From: Moraxella nasicaprae
GTDB taxonomy: Bacteria; Pseudomonadota; Gammaproteobacteria; Pseudomonadales; Moraxellaceae
NCBI RefSeq assembly: GCF_025643275.1
Contig: NZ_CP089977.1
Location: 1,830,001-1,862,000, forward strand
Direction: 5' to 3'
DNA length: 32,000 bases
Part shown: positions 18,255-28,106 of the stretch, one piece after another
How the letters are laid out: each line of letters opens with the position of its first letter
Position numbering within the stretch: the stretch's first letter is position 1
The notes under the pieces: generated by a model
Databases searched by the model: none
What the model was told of the DNA's origin: nothing
Seen by the model: the letters and a program-made list of their open reading frames with translations, nothing else
Made by a program: the position numbers and the translations under genes

Positions 18255-19874
18255 TTATAACAGCCAATCAAGGGGTAGCCAGCTTAAAATGACGATATTG
18301 GCTCGGTCACCCAAGCTGGTTTTTGGTTCGTGTTGATAGATTTTGTATTGATGATTTTCTATCGTATGCCATTCAATTTTGCCTTTATCATTGAGCATGA
18401 GATGATAGGATTGCTCCATCAAGGCAGGGGTATCGTCCAGTACATCGTGCAGACGAGTGGCAAGTAGTTGGTCATAGATTAGCACGCCAAGCTCAGTATT
18501 GATATTGGCAGAGCGAGGGTCGAAATTATATGAGCCGATGAATACTTGGTCGTCATCAACAGCAAAGGCTTTGGCGTGCAGGCTGGTGCTGGTTGTTTGT
18601 TTGGTTCGCCAAAATTTATTCTCATCAGCGGCAGCATTACTGGCGGTTGATTTGACCTCATACAGATTGACCCCAGATTGTAGCAGAGTCTTTCGCCAAT
18701 GAGCATAGCCTGAATGAACCAAGCCAACATCAGTGGCGTCAAAGGAATTGGTCAATATGCTGACTTTAACACCTTGATTGGCAAGTGTGCTTAGCGTGGT
18801 CACTCCTGCTTTGGTTGGCACAAAATATGAAGAAATGATGCTCAGTTTATTTTTTGGACGACCGATTTTTTGGCGTAACTGAGCAACCAAATGACGCTCT
18901 GGTTGATATTTGGGTTGGCGAAGTTTGCTGGCAGGGTCTGCCAAAAATTGGATATTGGTCCAGCGAAAAGGCAGGCGTTTTTCTAGTAGGGCGGTGCTGA
19001 TGGTGGAGTTTTGCATGGCAAGTCGATAACTTCGCAATGCACGCTCGTTTTTTGTGGCAATTTGACTGTCCAAATAGTCATCAAAAACCACATCTTTGAG
19101 TAATTGGTCAAGTCTGAGTGTATTAGGGCTGACCAAAGTGGTGATGTCATAGGCACTATCGTCTTGCCAATATTCTTCAAAACTGCGAGCAACATCGCCA
19201 ACCACAGAACCAATCAACAGCACATCAAGGTCGGCAAAGTTATTGATGGTGGTGTTATTAAGGTATTCATTACCAATATTGCGACCACCAATGATGCTGA
19301 CTTTGCCATCAAAAGTCATGCTTTTGTTGTGCATACGAGCATTGAGCCTGCGTGCATCATTTAAAAAATTAACCCCACGAAATTTTCGGTACGCAAAAGG
19401 ATTAACCAAGCGAACCGAGATATTTGGGTGGCTGGCAAAACGAATTAATACTCTATCTAGTGCCTGTGAGCCATTCATGTCGTCCAGTAGTAGGCGTACT
19501 TTTACGCCACGACCAGCCGCCTCCCATAGGTCTTTGAGCATCAGCTGTCCTGCTTCATCATTGTGCCAAATATAGTATTGTATGTCGATACTTTGCTGAG
19601 CTTTATCACTTAAAATACTGCGGGCGGCAAACGCATCAGCCCCATTGGCGATGGGATAGTAGCCAGAAAGCTTTGAATGGGTTAATTGTTCTAGGTAAGG
19701 TTGATTACTGGTTGATGACGATGGCGTCTTAGATACTGATACCTGCTTGGGCATGACGATGGGGTGTGGATTTTTGGGCAAGGTTTGACAACCAGTCAGC
19801 CATACGCCAAGACAAACAGATAGCCCAAAAGCCATCTGTTGTAAATGGTGCTTGGCGTTGGCATAAAACATCAT
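18255..19874 (-). CDS. Phospholipase D family lipoprotein with two HKD motifs
   Basis: HNKSMTFD and HAKAFAVD (HxKxxxxD, twice), each followed by IGG/IGS...N. The lipobox LTGC lies near the N-terminus. Confidence 0.85.
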   Translation of the reverse strand: MMFYANAKHHLQQMAFGLSVCLGVWLTGCQTLPKNPHPIVMPKQVSVSKTPSSSTSNQPYLEQLTHSKLSGYYPIANGADAFAARSILSDKAQQSIDIQYYIWHNDEAGQLMLKDLWEAAGRGVKVRLLLDDMNGSQALDRVLIRFASHPNISVRLVNPFAYRKFRGVNFLNDARRLNARMHNKSMTFDGKVSIIGGRNIGNEYLNNTTINNFADLDVLLIGSVVGDVARSFEEYWQDDSAYDITTLVSPNTLRLDQLLKDVVFDDYLDSQIATKNERALRSYRLAMQNSTISTALLEKRLPFRWTNIQFLADPASKLRQPKYQPERHLVAQLRQKIGRPKNKLSIISSYFVPTKAGVTTLSTLANQGVKVSILTNSFDATDVGLVHSGYAHWRKTLLQSGVNLYEVKSTASNAAADENKFWRTKQTTSTSLHAKAFAVDDDQVFIGSYNFDPRSANINTELGVLIYDQLLATRLHDVLDDTPALMEQSYHLMLNDKGKIEWHTIENHQYKIYQHEPKTSLGDRANIVILSWLPLDWLL

Positions 19875-21377
19875 TTAGGGACGCTTGGCGGATTGAAAAC
19901 TGGCAAACAAGTCATACTCACTGGCTTCATCGATGGTCACGATGAGCATATCGCCTGCCTTGACGGTGTCATCAATTTCATCAACATAGACATGTCCGTC
20001 AATCTCAGGAGCATCTGCATAGCTACGACAAATCGCCACACCTTCTTCATGGTCAATCTCATCAACCAATACCACCAGTTCGCGACCGACTTTTTCGGCA
20101 AGTTTTTCAGCACTGATTTGTTGTTGCAATGCCATCAGTCGTTCATAACGAGCTTGTTTAATCTCTTCTGGCACAGGGTTTGGTAGGTCATTGGCGGCAG
20201 CTCCTTCGATTTCTGAATAGGTAAAGCAGCCCACACGGTCAAGGCGAGCTTGTTTTAGCCAATCCAGCAAATACTCAAAATCCTCTTCGGTTTCGCCAGG
20301 AAATCCCACCACAAAAGTAGAACGAATGACAATGTCAGGGCAAATTTCTCGCCAAACACGAATGCGTTCTAAGGTATCCTCACTCATGGCAGGGCGTTTC
20401 ATTGCTTTTAGTACATTGGGGCTGGCGTGTTGGAATGGAATGTCCAAATAAGGCAACAGTCCGCCTGTCCCATTGCTGGCTTGCATGCTATCCGCCATGA
20501 TTTGCACAACTTTATCGACATGCGGATAGGGGTAAACATAATGCAGACGCACCCAAATACCCAGCTTAGCAGCCGCTTCGCAAAAATCGTAGAATTTGGT
20601 TTTTAGTGGCTGACCGTCCCAAAAAGTGGTTTTGTATTTTAAATCCACGCCATAAGCAGAAGTGTCTTGTGAGATGATGAGCAGCTCTTTGACGCCAGAT
20701 TTTTTTAGGGCAACCGCTTCTTTCATCACGCCATCAATAGGACGGCTGACCAAGTCGCCACGCAACGATGGAATGATACAAAAAGTACAACGATGATTGC
20801 AGCCTTCGGAGATTTTTAGATAGGCGTAATGCTTGGGGGTAAGTTTGATGCCAGCATCGTTAATCAAATCGATTTTTGGGTCGTAGGTTTTGGTTTTGGC
20901 AGGTTTTGGCACATGATGTGTGACTGCTTGAATCACTTCATCATAGGCATGAGCTCCTGTGACTGCCAATACAGCAGGGTGCATGGTGCGAATTTTGTCG
21001 GCATCTTTGCCCAGGCAACCCGTCACAATCACTCGACCATTTTGGTTGATGGCCTCGCCAATAGCATCAAGGCTTTCTTGGACGGCAGATTCAATAAAAC
21101 CACAAGTATTCACCACCACCAAATCTGCACCATCATAATCTTTGGCAACCTGATAACCTTCACGAGTCAGCTCAGTAATGATGCGTTCGCTATCCACCAA
21201 CGCTTTGGGACAACCCAGCGAAACAAAACCAATCTTGGGGGCAGTGCCACCATCAGCCAAAGGTGCGTTATGATTGGCGGATTGTTCAATACTGCGATTT
21301 TGGTTGTGGTTGGCTTTATGATGGTAGGCTGGCTGGCTTACGCTTTTTGGATTAAAGATGGTTGGTGTGCTTGTCAT
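19875..21377 (-). CDS. rimO: Ribosomal protein S12 methylthiotransferase
   Basis: UPF0004 N-domain ([16 protein letters not shown]), radical-SAM CNHRCTFC and a TRAM C-terminus. It has an extra N-terminal extension of roughly 45 aa that is His/Asn-rich. Confidence 0.92.
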   Translation of the reverse strand: MTSTPTIFNPKSVSQPAYHHKANHNQNRSIEQSANHNAPLADGGTAPKIGFVSLGCPKALVDSERIITELTREGYQVAKDYDGADLVVVNTCGFIESAVQESLDAIGEAINQNGRVIVTGCLGKDADKIRTMHPAVLAVTGAHAYDEVIQAVTHHVPKPAKTKTYDPKIDLINDAGIKLTPKHYAYLKISEGCNHRCTFCIIPSLRGDLVSRPIDGVMKEAVALKKSGVKELLIISQDTSAYGVDLKYKTTFWDGQPLKTKFYDFCEAAAKLGIWVRLHYVYPYPHVDKVVQIMADSMQASNGTGGLLPYLDIPFQHASPNVLKAMKRPAMSEDTLERIRVWREICPDIVIRSTFVVGFPGETEEDFEYLLDWLKQARLDRVGCFTYSEIEGAAANDLPNPVPEEIKQARYERLMALQQQISAEKLAEKVGRELVVLVDEIDHEEGVAICRSYADAPEIDGHVYVDEIDDTVKAGDMLIVTIDEASEYDLFASFQSAKRP

Positions 21378-21522
21378 ATTATCAGACTCAACATGGCTAG
21401 GATTGGCGATTTGTCAAAATCAACCCATCATTGGCAATTTTAGAGAATTTTGGTGCTAGATTTTAGCATAAAATCTGGCAAAACGCTGTCGAATTGTGCG
21501 GATATTTTGTTAAATTTTGCAT

Positions 21523-21555
21523 GAAAAAATCCCCAAGCCAGGGGAGACTTGGGGT
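21523..21555 (-). terminator. Intrinsic terminator downstream of the tRNA-Val/tRNA-Asp unit
   Basis: On the minus-strand RNA the stem CCCCAAG...CTTGGGG is followed by AUUUUUU. A smaller AGCTTT/AAAGCT hairpin lies at 21566-21580. Confidence 0.7.
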
Positions 21556-21590
21556 GAAAGTGAAAAGCTTTAAAAAAGCTACACTAAAAG

Positions 21591-21667
21591 TGGCGCAGCG
21601 GACGGGGCTCGAACCCGCGACCCCCGGCGTGACAGGCCGGTATTCTAACCAACTGAACTACCGCTGC
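21591..21667 (-). tRNA. tRNA-Asp (GUC)
   Basis: The reverse complement GCAGCGGTAGTTCAGTTGGTTAGAATACCGGCCTGTCACGCCGGGGGTCGCGGGTTCGAGCCCCGTCCGCTGCGCCA forms a cloverleaf with anticodon loop CUGUCAC. It closely resembles E. coli tRNA-Asp. Confidence 0.95.
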
Positions 21668-21672
21668 TAAAA

Positions 21673-21748
21673 TGGTGGGTGGTAACGGGATCGAACCGCT
21701 GACCCTCTGCTTGTAAGGCAGATGCTCTACCAACTGAGCTAACCACCC
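21673..21748 (-). tRNA. tRNA-Val (UAC)
   Basis: The reverse complement is GGGTGGTTAGCTCAGTTGGTAGAGCATCTGCCTTACAAGCAGAGGGTCAGCGGTTCGATCCCGTTACCACCCACCA. The anticodon is UAC. Confidence 0.95.
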
Positions 21749-21843
21749 TAAGATAGTAAATCTTAGTAACGAACTTTTTATTGATTGATTATCAATTTGA
21801 ACACTTTATGTCACCTTGTTCGTGTTCGTTCGTTGTGGTGCGT

Positions 21844-21871
21844 ATTATATAGGATTTTGATTGAGTGTCAA
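21844..21871 (-). promoter_or_regulatory. Near-consensus sigma70 promoter for the tRNA-Val/Asp unit
   Basis: TTGACA-16-TATAAT on the minus strand with an A/T-tract region upstream. Confidence 0.6.
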
Positions 21872-22102
21872 ATGTTTTTTGAAAGAAAATTGGGGGTTTT
21901 TGATAAAAAGTTTTTAAGATGTTGATTTTGTTGATATTTTTTATTGATAAAAATTTGATAAAATCGATGGTTATTCATGGGTGATGATGAGATGTTGTCA
22001 TCAGATAACAAAATATAAAACTTTTATTATCGACTTTTGGGGGATTTCTTGATAGAGTGTGGCAACCTTTTTAAACCTTTCATTGATATTTTGGAAATTT
22101 TT

Positions 22103-23431
22103 ATGAAAAAACCCATCAATTTACAGCATACATTGCTGGCGTTATCAGTCGCCTCAATAACAGCTTTTTTGGCATCGTGTGCCACGCAATCCACCCAAAA
22201 ACCACCAATCAAAGTGATTGAACCCAATAAACCTGCTCCTGTGGTACAACAGCCTGTTGTGGTACAGCCAGTCCCAGCACCGGCCCCAAAGGTTGAAAAT
22301 AAGCCTACTCAGGCTTTTTATGCCAGTTTTGATGAATGGCGTCGTGATTTCATCACTCGTGCAACCGCTCGTGGATACAACAACTACACCATCACAAGCT
22401 TACTAGAAGGAGCGACGCTCAATCAACGAGTGATTGACCTTGACCGCAGTCAGGCTGAATTTACCAAAATGCCTTGGGAATATGTTGAGTCAGCTGCTTC
22501 ATCAAATCGTGTCAGTCAGGGTAAGGGCAAGTTAAACGAACATTTAAGCACATTATCAAATGCTGAACGACTGTATGGCGTACCAAAAGAAATCGTGACT
22601 GCGATTTGGGGCATGGAATCATCATTTGGTGGTGGTATGGGAAGCATGGATTTGGCGAGTGCTTTATCAAGCCTTGCCTATGATGGTCGCCGTCGTGAAT
22701 TTGCCGAAAACCAATTATTGTCGATGGCAAAAATGATTGAGCGTGGCGATGCTACTCAGTCGCAATTTAAAGGCTCTTGGGCTGGCGGTATGGGGCATAC
22801 GCAGTTTATTCCAGGTACTTGGCTTGATGAGGCAGTCGATGGTAATGGCGATGGCAAAAAAAGCCCTTGGCAGGTGGCAGATGCACTAAGTTCGACCGCA
22901 AGCTATCTGGCAAATGCTGGCTGGGTGCGTGGCTTGGCACCGTTTTATGAAGTGCGTTTGCCAGCAGGCTTTGACTATACCTTGTTAAATGCAGGCAAAA
23001 GAAGTCTTGATGCTTGGCGTGCGGCAGGTCTAAGCTCGGCTGCTGGTGAAAGTTTTGGCGGTAGTCAAGAGGCTGAATTATGGCTACCTGCTGGCAAAAA
23101 TGGCCCAGCCTTGTTATTAACCAAAAACTTCGATGTGATTCGTGTGTATAACAACTCATCAAGCTATGCCTTGGGCGTGGCATTACTTGGCAAGCGTATC
23201 GCAGGCGGTAGCAATATTGTGGCTTCTTGGCCACGCCACGAACAGCCATTATCTCGCACCCAAGTGCAAAATCTGCAACGCAATTTGACCGCACAAGGCT
23301 ATGACACACAAGGGATTGATGGCGTGCTTGGCAATAATACTCGCCGTGCATTTGCTCGTTGGCAGTCGGCAAATGGGCAGATTCCTGATGGCTTTGTCAG
23401 CCAAAGCAGTGCAGGCAGTATGACCTATTAA
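22103..23431 (+). CDS. Lytic murein transglycosylase (MltB/Slt-B-like) lipoprotein with a C-terminal peptidoglycan-binding domain
   Basis: Lipobox FLASC, a transglycosylase core (IWGMESSFG...GHTQFIP) and a PG_binding_1-like tail (LQRNLTAQGYDTQGIDGVLGNNTRRAF). The ATG at 22103 was chosen. Confidence 0.85.
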   Translation: MKKPINLQHTLLALSVASITAFLASCATQSTQKPPIKVIEPNKPAPVVQQPVVVQPVPAPAPKVENKPTQAFYASFDEWRRDFITRATARGYNNYTITSLLEGATLNQRVIDLDRSQAEFTKMPWEYVESAASSNRVSQGKGKLNEHLSTLSNAERLYGVPKEIVTAIWGMESSFGGGMGSMDLASALSSLAYDGRRREFAENQLLSMAKMIERGDATQSQFKGSWAGGMGHTQFIPGTWLDEAVDGNGDGKKSPWQVADALSSTASYLANAGWVRGLAPFYEVRLPAGFDYTLLNAGKRSLDAWRAAGLSSAAGESFGGSQEAELWLPAGKNGPALLLTKNFDVIRVYNNSSSYALGVALLGKRIAGGSNIVASWPRHEQPLSRTQVQNLQRNLTAQGYDTQGIDGVLGNNTRRAFARWQSANGQIPDGFVSQSSAGSMTY

Positions 23432-23438
23432 ACCCATT

Positions 23439-23470
23439 AAAAAACCACGCCAATGAGCGTGGTTTTTTAT
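23439..23470. terminator. Bidirectional terminator between the transglycosylase (+) and ypfJ-like (-) genes
   Basis: aaaaaCCACGCcaatgaGCGTGGtttttt. Confidence 0.8.
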
Positions 23471-23480
23471 TTTAGCTAAA

Positions 23481-24377
23481 TTATAATTCTCTTGTTGAAA
23501 AAGTATCGCATTGGTTGATATCGCCAGTTTCAAAACCACGATAAAACCACTTTTGGCGTTGGGCACTAGTACCATGTGTAAAACTGTCTGGCACGCTATG
23601 ACCGTGTGATTTGTGTTGTAAATAATCATCGCCAATTTTTTCGGCTGCATCTAGTGCCTCTTCGATGTCGCCTTTTTGTAAAAATTGCGTGCGTTCATGA
23701 TTGTGTCTCGCCCATAATCCAGCAAAGCAATCAGCCTGCAATTCTTGGCGGACGGATAAATTGTTGGCAGCAGCTTGGCTGGCATTGGCTTGTAGCTGGC
23801 GTACTTGATTGGAAATGCCAAGCAATGTCTGCACATGATGCCCAACTTCGTGAGCAATGACATAGGCTTGGGCAAAGTCACCTGCTTGGTCATTTCGACT
23901 CAGCTGTGTTTGGTTTTGTTCGCCAGTAATGCCCATTTGTGTACGCATGTCACGGAAAAAATTGGTATCTAAATAGATTTTTTGGTCAGCAGGGCAGTAA
24001 AAAGGGCCGCTGGCAGAAGTGGCTGCACCACAAGCAGATTGAACAGAACCACTAAACAATACCAAATTTGGTTGTTGGTATTGTTTGCCATGTTGGGCAA
24101 AAATCGGTGTCCAGACATCTTCGGTGTCAGCAAGCACGGTCGCAACAAATTCACGAGATTCTGCCATGTCACTTGTTTCTTGGGTGAGGGTGGTTGGCTG
24201 TTGCTGACTTTGTAGTTGTTGTGTCACACCCAAAGTGGTCTCAGGGCTAATGCCAAACACTTTCCACACCACCAAGGCAATAATCAGACCTAAGATACTG
24301 ACACCGCCTACTTTGCGACCGCCACCTGAACGCCTATCTTCGATATTGCTACTTTGTCTACGACCACGCCATTGCAT
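23481..24377 (-). CDS. ypfJ: YpfJ-family putative neutral zinc metallopeptidase
   Basis: N-terminus MQWRGRRQSSNIEDRR, one TM helix and HEVGHH (HExxH), which is typical of the family. Confidence 0.85.
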   Translation of the reverse strand: MQWRGRRQSSNIEDRRSGGGRKVGGVSILGLIIALVVWKVFGISPETTLGVTQQLQSQQQPTTLTQETSDMAESREFVATVLADTEDVWTPIFAQHGKQYQQPNLVLFSGSVQSACGAATSASGPFYCPADQKIYLDTNFFRDMRTQMGITGEQNQTQLSRNDQAGDFAQAYVIAHEVGHHVQTLLGISNQVRQLQANASQAAANNLSVRQELQADCFAGLWARHNHERTQFLQKGDIEEALDAAEKIGDDYLQHKSHGHSVPDSFTHGTSAQRQKWFYRGFETGDINQCDTFSTREL

Positions 24378-24527
24378 AAAATTATCCTGTCAAAAAAAGA
24401 AAGTATTATACTAAAATTACGCCAACAAAACTGTTTTGGTTACGATATTTTACGAACATATAAAGATTTGGTTTCTGGCATAAATATGCTATGATGAGGT
24501 TTTTTATAGAAAAGTGAGTTGGCATCA

Positions 24528-25199
24528 ATGACAAAACTAGACAGCGTGATTGTGACGCACAATCCAAAAAACCTACCAATCAGCAAGGCGGTCATTTGGC
24601 TACATGGGCTTGGGGCAAGTGGTCATGATTTTGAACCCATTGTTCCTGAGCTTGGCTTGTCCGATGAGGTCGGGGTGCGATTTATTTTTCCACACGCCCC
24701 AAAAATTCCTGTGACGGTCAATGGTGGTTATGTCATGCCAGCATGGTATGATATTTTGGAAATGACGCTGGATAGAAAGGTTGATGTGGCTCATATCAAC
24801 ACTTCTAGCCAAGCCATCAATCAGCTGATTGACGAGCAGATTGCACAAGGCATCGCCAGCCAAGACATTATCATTGCAGGGTTTTCGCAAGGGGGTGCGG
24901 TGGCGTACCACACTGTTTTGACCAACCAAAGAGTGCTTGGTGGACTATTGGCATTATCCACTTATTTTGCCACCAGCAGTCAGATTGATGCTGTGGGTGT
25001 CAATCGTTCAATCCCAGTCAAGATTGACCATGGGCAGTTTGATGATGTAGTGCCAATGTTGCTTGGGATTAGAGCCAAAGAAAGTTTGCAAAAGCTGGGA
25101 TTGGCACCAACATTTAGTCAATATCCGATGGCTCATCAGGTTTGTTTGGCACAAATTAAAGAGATTGGTGCATGGCTAAATGAACGCTTTGGCGTGTAA
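24528..25199 (+). CDS. Carboxylesterase/phospholipase family serine hydrolase
   Basis: The GFSQGG nucleophile elbow with downstream D (FDDVVP) and H (MAHQV). The ATG at 24528 is preferred to the TTG at 24519. Confidence 0.8.
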   Translation: MTKLDSVIVTHNPKNLPISKAVIWLHGLGASGHDFEPIVPELGLSDEVGVRFIFPHAPKIPVTVNGGYVMPAWYDILEMTLDRKVDVAHINTSSQAINQLIDEQIAQGIASQDIIIAGFSQGGAVAYHTVLTNQRVLGGLLALSTYFATSSQIDAVGVNRSIPVKIDHGQFDDVVPMLLGIRAKESLQKLGLAPTFSQYPMAHQVCLAQIKEIGAWLNERFGV

Positions 25200-25210
25200 A
25201 TCTGCCCAAA

Positions 25211-25876
25211 TCATGAATGGTCAAATCGCCCATTTTCCAAAAAGTGTATGACTTGATGGGCGGTTTGTTTATCGGTCAAAAGTCCTGTATGGCTGGCTGG
25301 TAAAATCAGGTAATCTGAGGCATTGGCAAGTGGTGTTTCAAATAAATAAACCGTCCCATCGTGAATTTTTTCTTGTTCATTTAAGTGATGACGACGACTA
25401 TGCCAAGCCAAAAAAGGTACGCCAAGCCCAATGGGTTTATTGCCAGCAATGACACCAAACTCCACTTTGTCAGATATGGCAGGGCAGCGACCATCTAATG
25501 CTTCAAAAAGAGCGTGTTTAACCAGTGCACCTAGGTGATAACGCTTGGCATAACTGGCACAAATACTGCCTTGATGGGGTGTCCCTAGACTGACGCAGCG
25601 ATGTACTTGCCAGTTGGGATAATGATGCATAAAATGACGAATCACCAATCCACCCAAACTATGCCCAACCAGATTGATGGGTTGGTGCTGGTCATGGTAA
25701 GTGGTCAAATAGTCGTGCAATCGACGACCATGTTGAGCGATGGATTCGGATAGACTGTGATAGTTGTGGCGATGAGTGGGAAAACCTGACGCACGAATTT
25801 TCTGCTCCAATGGTTTGGTGTACCAGTGGTTCATGTGCAATCCGTGAATCAAAATGGTTAGTGGCTTATTCATCAT
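25211..25876 (-). CDS. Alpha/beta-fold hydrolase (lipase/esterase-like)
   Basis: An IHGL oxyanion region and GHSLGG nucleophile elbow. It is convergent with the previous hydrolase, 11 bp apart. Confidence 0.75.
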   Translation of the reverse strand: MMNKPLTILIHGLHMNHWYTKPLEQKIRASGFPTHRHNYHSLSESIAQHGRRLHDYLTTYHDQHQPINLVGHSLGGLVIRHFMHHYPNWQVHRCVSLGTPHQGSICASYAKRYHLGALVKHALFEALDGRCPAISDKVEFGVIAGNKPIGLGVPFLAWHSRRHHLNEQEKIHDGTVYLFETPLANASDYLILPASHTGLLTDKQTAHQVIHFLENGRFDHS

Positions 25877-25904
25877 AAAAAAGACCCAGCGATGCCAGGT
25901 CTGA
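25877..25904 (-). terminator. Intrinsic terminator of infA, directly abutting the next start codon
   Basis: On the minus-strand RNA, AGACCUGGC-auc-GCUGGGUCU forms 9 pairs (two G-U) and is followed by UUUUUU, then AUGAUG. Confidence 0.7.
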
Positions 25905-25911
25905 TTTGGTA

Positions 25912-26136
25912 TTAGTTTTTGCCACGATAAGTGATGCGACCCTTGCTCAAATCATAAGGGGTCATCTCAACTTTGACTTTATCGCCAGTCAAAATACGAA
26001 TGTAGTGCTTACGCATTTTGCCAGAAATATGAGCGATAATCTCGTGTCCATTGTCAAGGCGAACCTTGAACAGGGTATTTGGCAGAGTGTCAATCACTTC
26101 GCCTTCAAATTCAATAATGTCGTCTTTTTTAGCCAT
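25912..26136 (-). CDS. infA: Translation initiation factor IF-1
   Basis: [54 protein letters not shown]... is canonical IF-1. Confidence 0.97.
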   Translation of the reverse strand: MAKKDDIIEFEGEVIDTLPNTLFKVRLDNGHEIIAHISGKMRKHYIRILTGDKVKVEMTPYDLSKGRITYRGKN

Positions 26137-26204
26137 AATTCATAATCAGATTGGTAAAAGTTGCCTTATTATACCATTTTTTCATCAAAAATCTACCGTC
26201 TTTT

Positions 26205-27035
26205 TTATGAGCCTGTCGGTTCATCTGCTAGGTTTAGCCAAAGTGGCGTGATGGGGGTTTTGGGCAGTAGTTGTTGAAATTTATCAGGGTAATAAGCATT
26301 GATAAAATACAAGCCATCAGCAGAGGCGGTAGGCGGTGCTAAACTGCGATTTTTTGCTTTAATAAGTGTTGGGATTTCATCTATGTGCATTTCGCCACGC
26401 CCCACAGCAAATAGTGTTCCCATGATGTTTCTGACCATGTGATGCAAAAATCCATCAGCTTGTATGTCCAGCACCAAATATGCCCCGTGCTGAATCAGTC
26501 TGGCATGACTGACCGTGCGAACAGGTTGGTTGGACTGACAAGCGGCGGCACGAAAACTGCTAAAATCATGCGTGCCGACAAACAGTTTGCTTGCTTGTAT
26601 CATCTTATCAATATCAAGTGTGGCAAACTCATGCGTAATCTGATGGCGTAAGATGGCAGGGCGATAGGGTTGATTGAGCGTGATGTAGCGATAGCGTCTG
26701 GCGATGGCGGCAAATCTGGCGTGAAAATCATCAGGCATTGGCACAAGCCATCTCAGAGCGATGTCATCAGGCAGCAGGCTGTTAGCACCACGAAGCCAGT
26801 TGTGAATATCTCGTTTGGCGGTCGTGACAAAATGGGCAATCATATTGCTGGCATGCACTCCTGCGTCAGTACGACCAGCAGCAATCAACTCAATGGAGTG
26901 GTTGGCGATGGTGCTTAGAGCTTCTTCAATGACCGCCTGCACGCCCACAACCTCTTCTTGGCGTTGCCAACCACGGTAGCGAGTGCCAATAAATTCAATG
27001 CCAACAGCATAGACTTGATTTTGAGTATCCATCAT
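26205..27035 (-). CDS. truA: tRNA pseudouridine(38-40) synthase
   Basis: GWQRQ and the catalytic GRTDAGVHA, with full-length TruA similarity. Confidence 0.92.
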   Translation of the reverse strand: MMDTQNQVYAVGIEFIGTRYRGWQRQEEVVGVQAVIEEALSTIANHSIELIAAGRTDAGVHASNMIAHFVTTAKRDIHNWLRGANSLLPDDIALRWLVPMPDDFHARFAAIARRYRYITLNQPYRPAILRHQITHEFATLDIDKMIQASKLFVGTHDFSSFRAAACQSNQPVRTVSHARLIQHGAYLVLDIQADGFLHHMVRNIMGTLFAVGRGEMHIDEIPTLIKAKNRSLAPPTASADGLYFINAYYPDKFQQLLPKTPITPLWLNLADEPTGS

Positions 27036-28009
27036 ACATTCCAGTTTTCTAATTTCATCGCATCATTGATGATTAGCCATAATGCTCGCCCATAGATGGC
27101 AGGTATGCCTAATTGGGCGGCTGACCATACGCCATATTCATATTGCCAAGCACCTGCCTGATAGTCGCCATTGACACCTCCAAAGGCACACATGGTGGTA
27201 CAGATGATGGGAATGTTTTTGGCGTGCAGTTGTTTTAATGCCTCAATGAGTGCTGGTGATGATGGTACATTGCCAGCACCAAAACCGATGAGAATGACGG
27301 CCTTGGTATTAGGGTGCAGATGATTTAGTTCATCAGCCAATATTTGGGGTGTGTTTGGCAGGCAGTAAATCGTCTTAATGAGACTGTGATTGGCGTTGCT
27401 TAATAGGGCTTGAACGGGTAGTTTTGCTGTGATGGCTTTTGTGTGTACACTTTCTTGAATAGGCGTACCAACAAAAGCATCATTGGCTTGACTGTCGATT
27501 TTTTGGGTGTCATGAGCGTGAAAGGTTTTGTTTGCAAATTGCACAAACACGCCTGTATGATGCTTGCTGGCTGTCAGGGCATCGGTCAGATTTTGCCAAG
27601 CATCGCTATCAAGATTGATGGCATAAGTGGCAGAGGTCGGCTCTAATAATGGCTGCATACTGCCTGTAATAATAAGGCTGATGTCTGTTAAGGCAGCAAA
27701 TGCATTTGCCAAAAATGCTGATAAAAAACTCAGGGTATCAGTACCTGTAATCAGCACAAATTTTCTACCACCAGCTTGATATGCCTGCAAAATAATATCA
27801 TATAAGCCAACAAAGTCGCTGGGTGTGAGCGTGCTAGAATCTTTGATGATGTTATTGGGCAGGATTTTGATAAGATGGTTTGGGTCATATTGTCCCAGTC
27901 TATCCACCAGTACAGGCAAAAAAATCGCACTATCAAGTGGCGATAGTGGTACGCCATGACTGCCAAAAGTACCGCCTGCATAAATCAGATAAGTGTCGTT
28001 AGTATTCAT
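27032..28009 (-). CDS. Asparaginase-family (type I-like) protein
   Basis: IYAGGTFGS (threonine nucleophile region) and LITGTDTLS motifs. Its stop overlaps the truA start by 4 nt (ATGA). The ATG at 28009 is preferred over the TTG at 28063. Confidence 0.7.
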   Translation of the reverse strand: MNTNDTYLIYAGGTFGSHGVPLSPLDSAIFLPVLVDRLGQYDPNHLIKILPNNIIKDSSTLTPSDFVGLYDIILQAYQAGGRKFVLITGTDTLSFLSAFLANAFAALTDISLIITGSMQPLLEPTSATYAINLDSDAWQNLTDALTASKHHTGVFVQFANKTFHAHDTQKIDSQANDAFVGTPIQESVHTKAITAKLPVQALLSNANHSLIKTIYCLPNTPQILADELNHLHPNTKAVILIGFGAGNVPSSPALIEALKQLHAKNIPIICTTMCAFGGVNGDYQAGAWQYEYGVWSAAQLGIPAIYGRALWLIINDAMKLENWNV

Positions 28010-28106
28010 CTTGTACCCTAAAATTACACCCTCGAAAATTTTTTTATTATAAATCAAATCCAATAAAAAAGCACACGACTAAGGTGTGCTTTTTGTCCAA
28101 GTTGGC

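Noticed and set aside
21900-21963. Three exact copies of TTGATAAAA (21900, 21944, 21955) upstream of the tRNA-Val promoter.
   Set aside because: They are most simply explained as an A/T-tract, UP-element or Fis-type upstream activating region of a stable-RNA promoter. The sequence does not resemble DnaA boxes or iterons.
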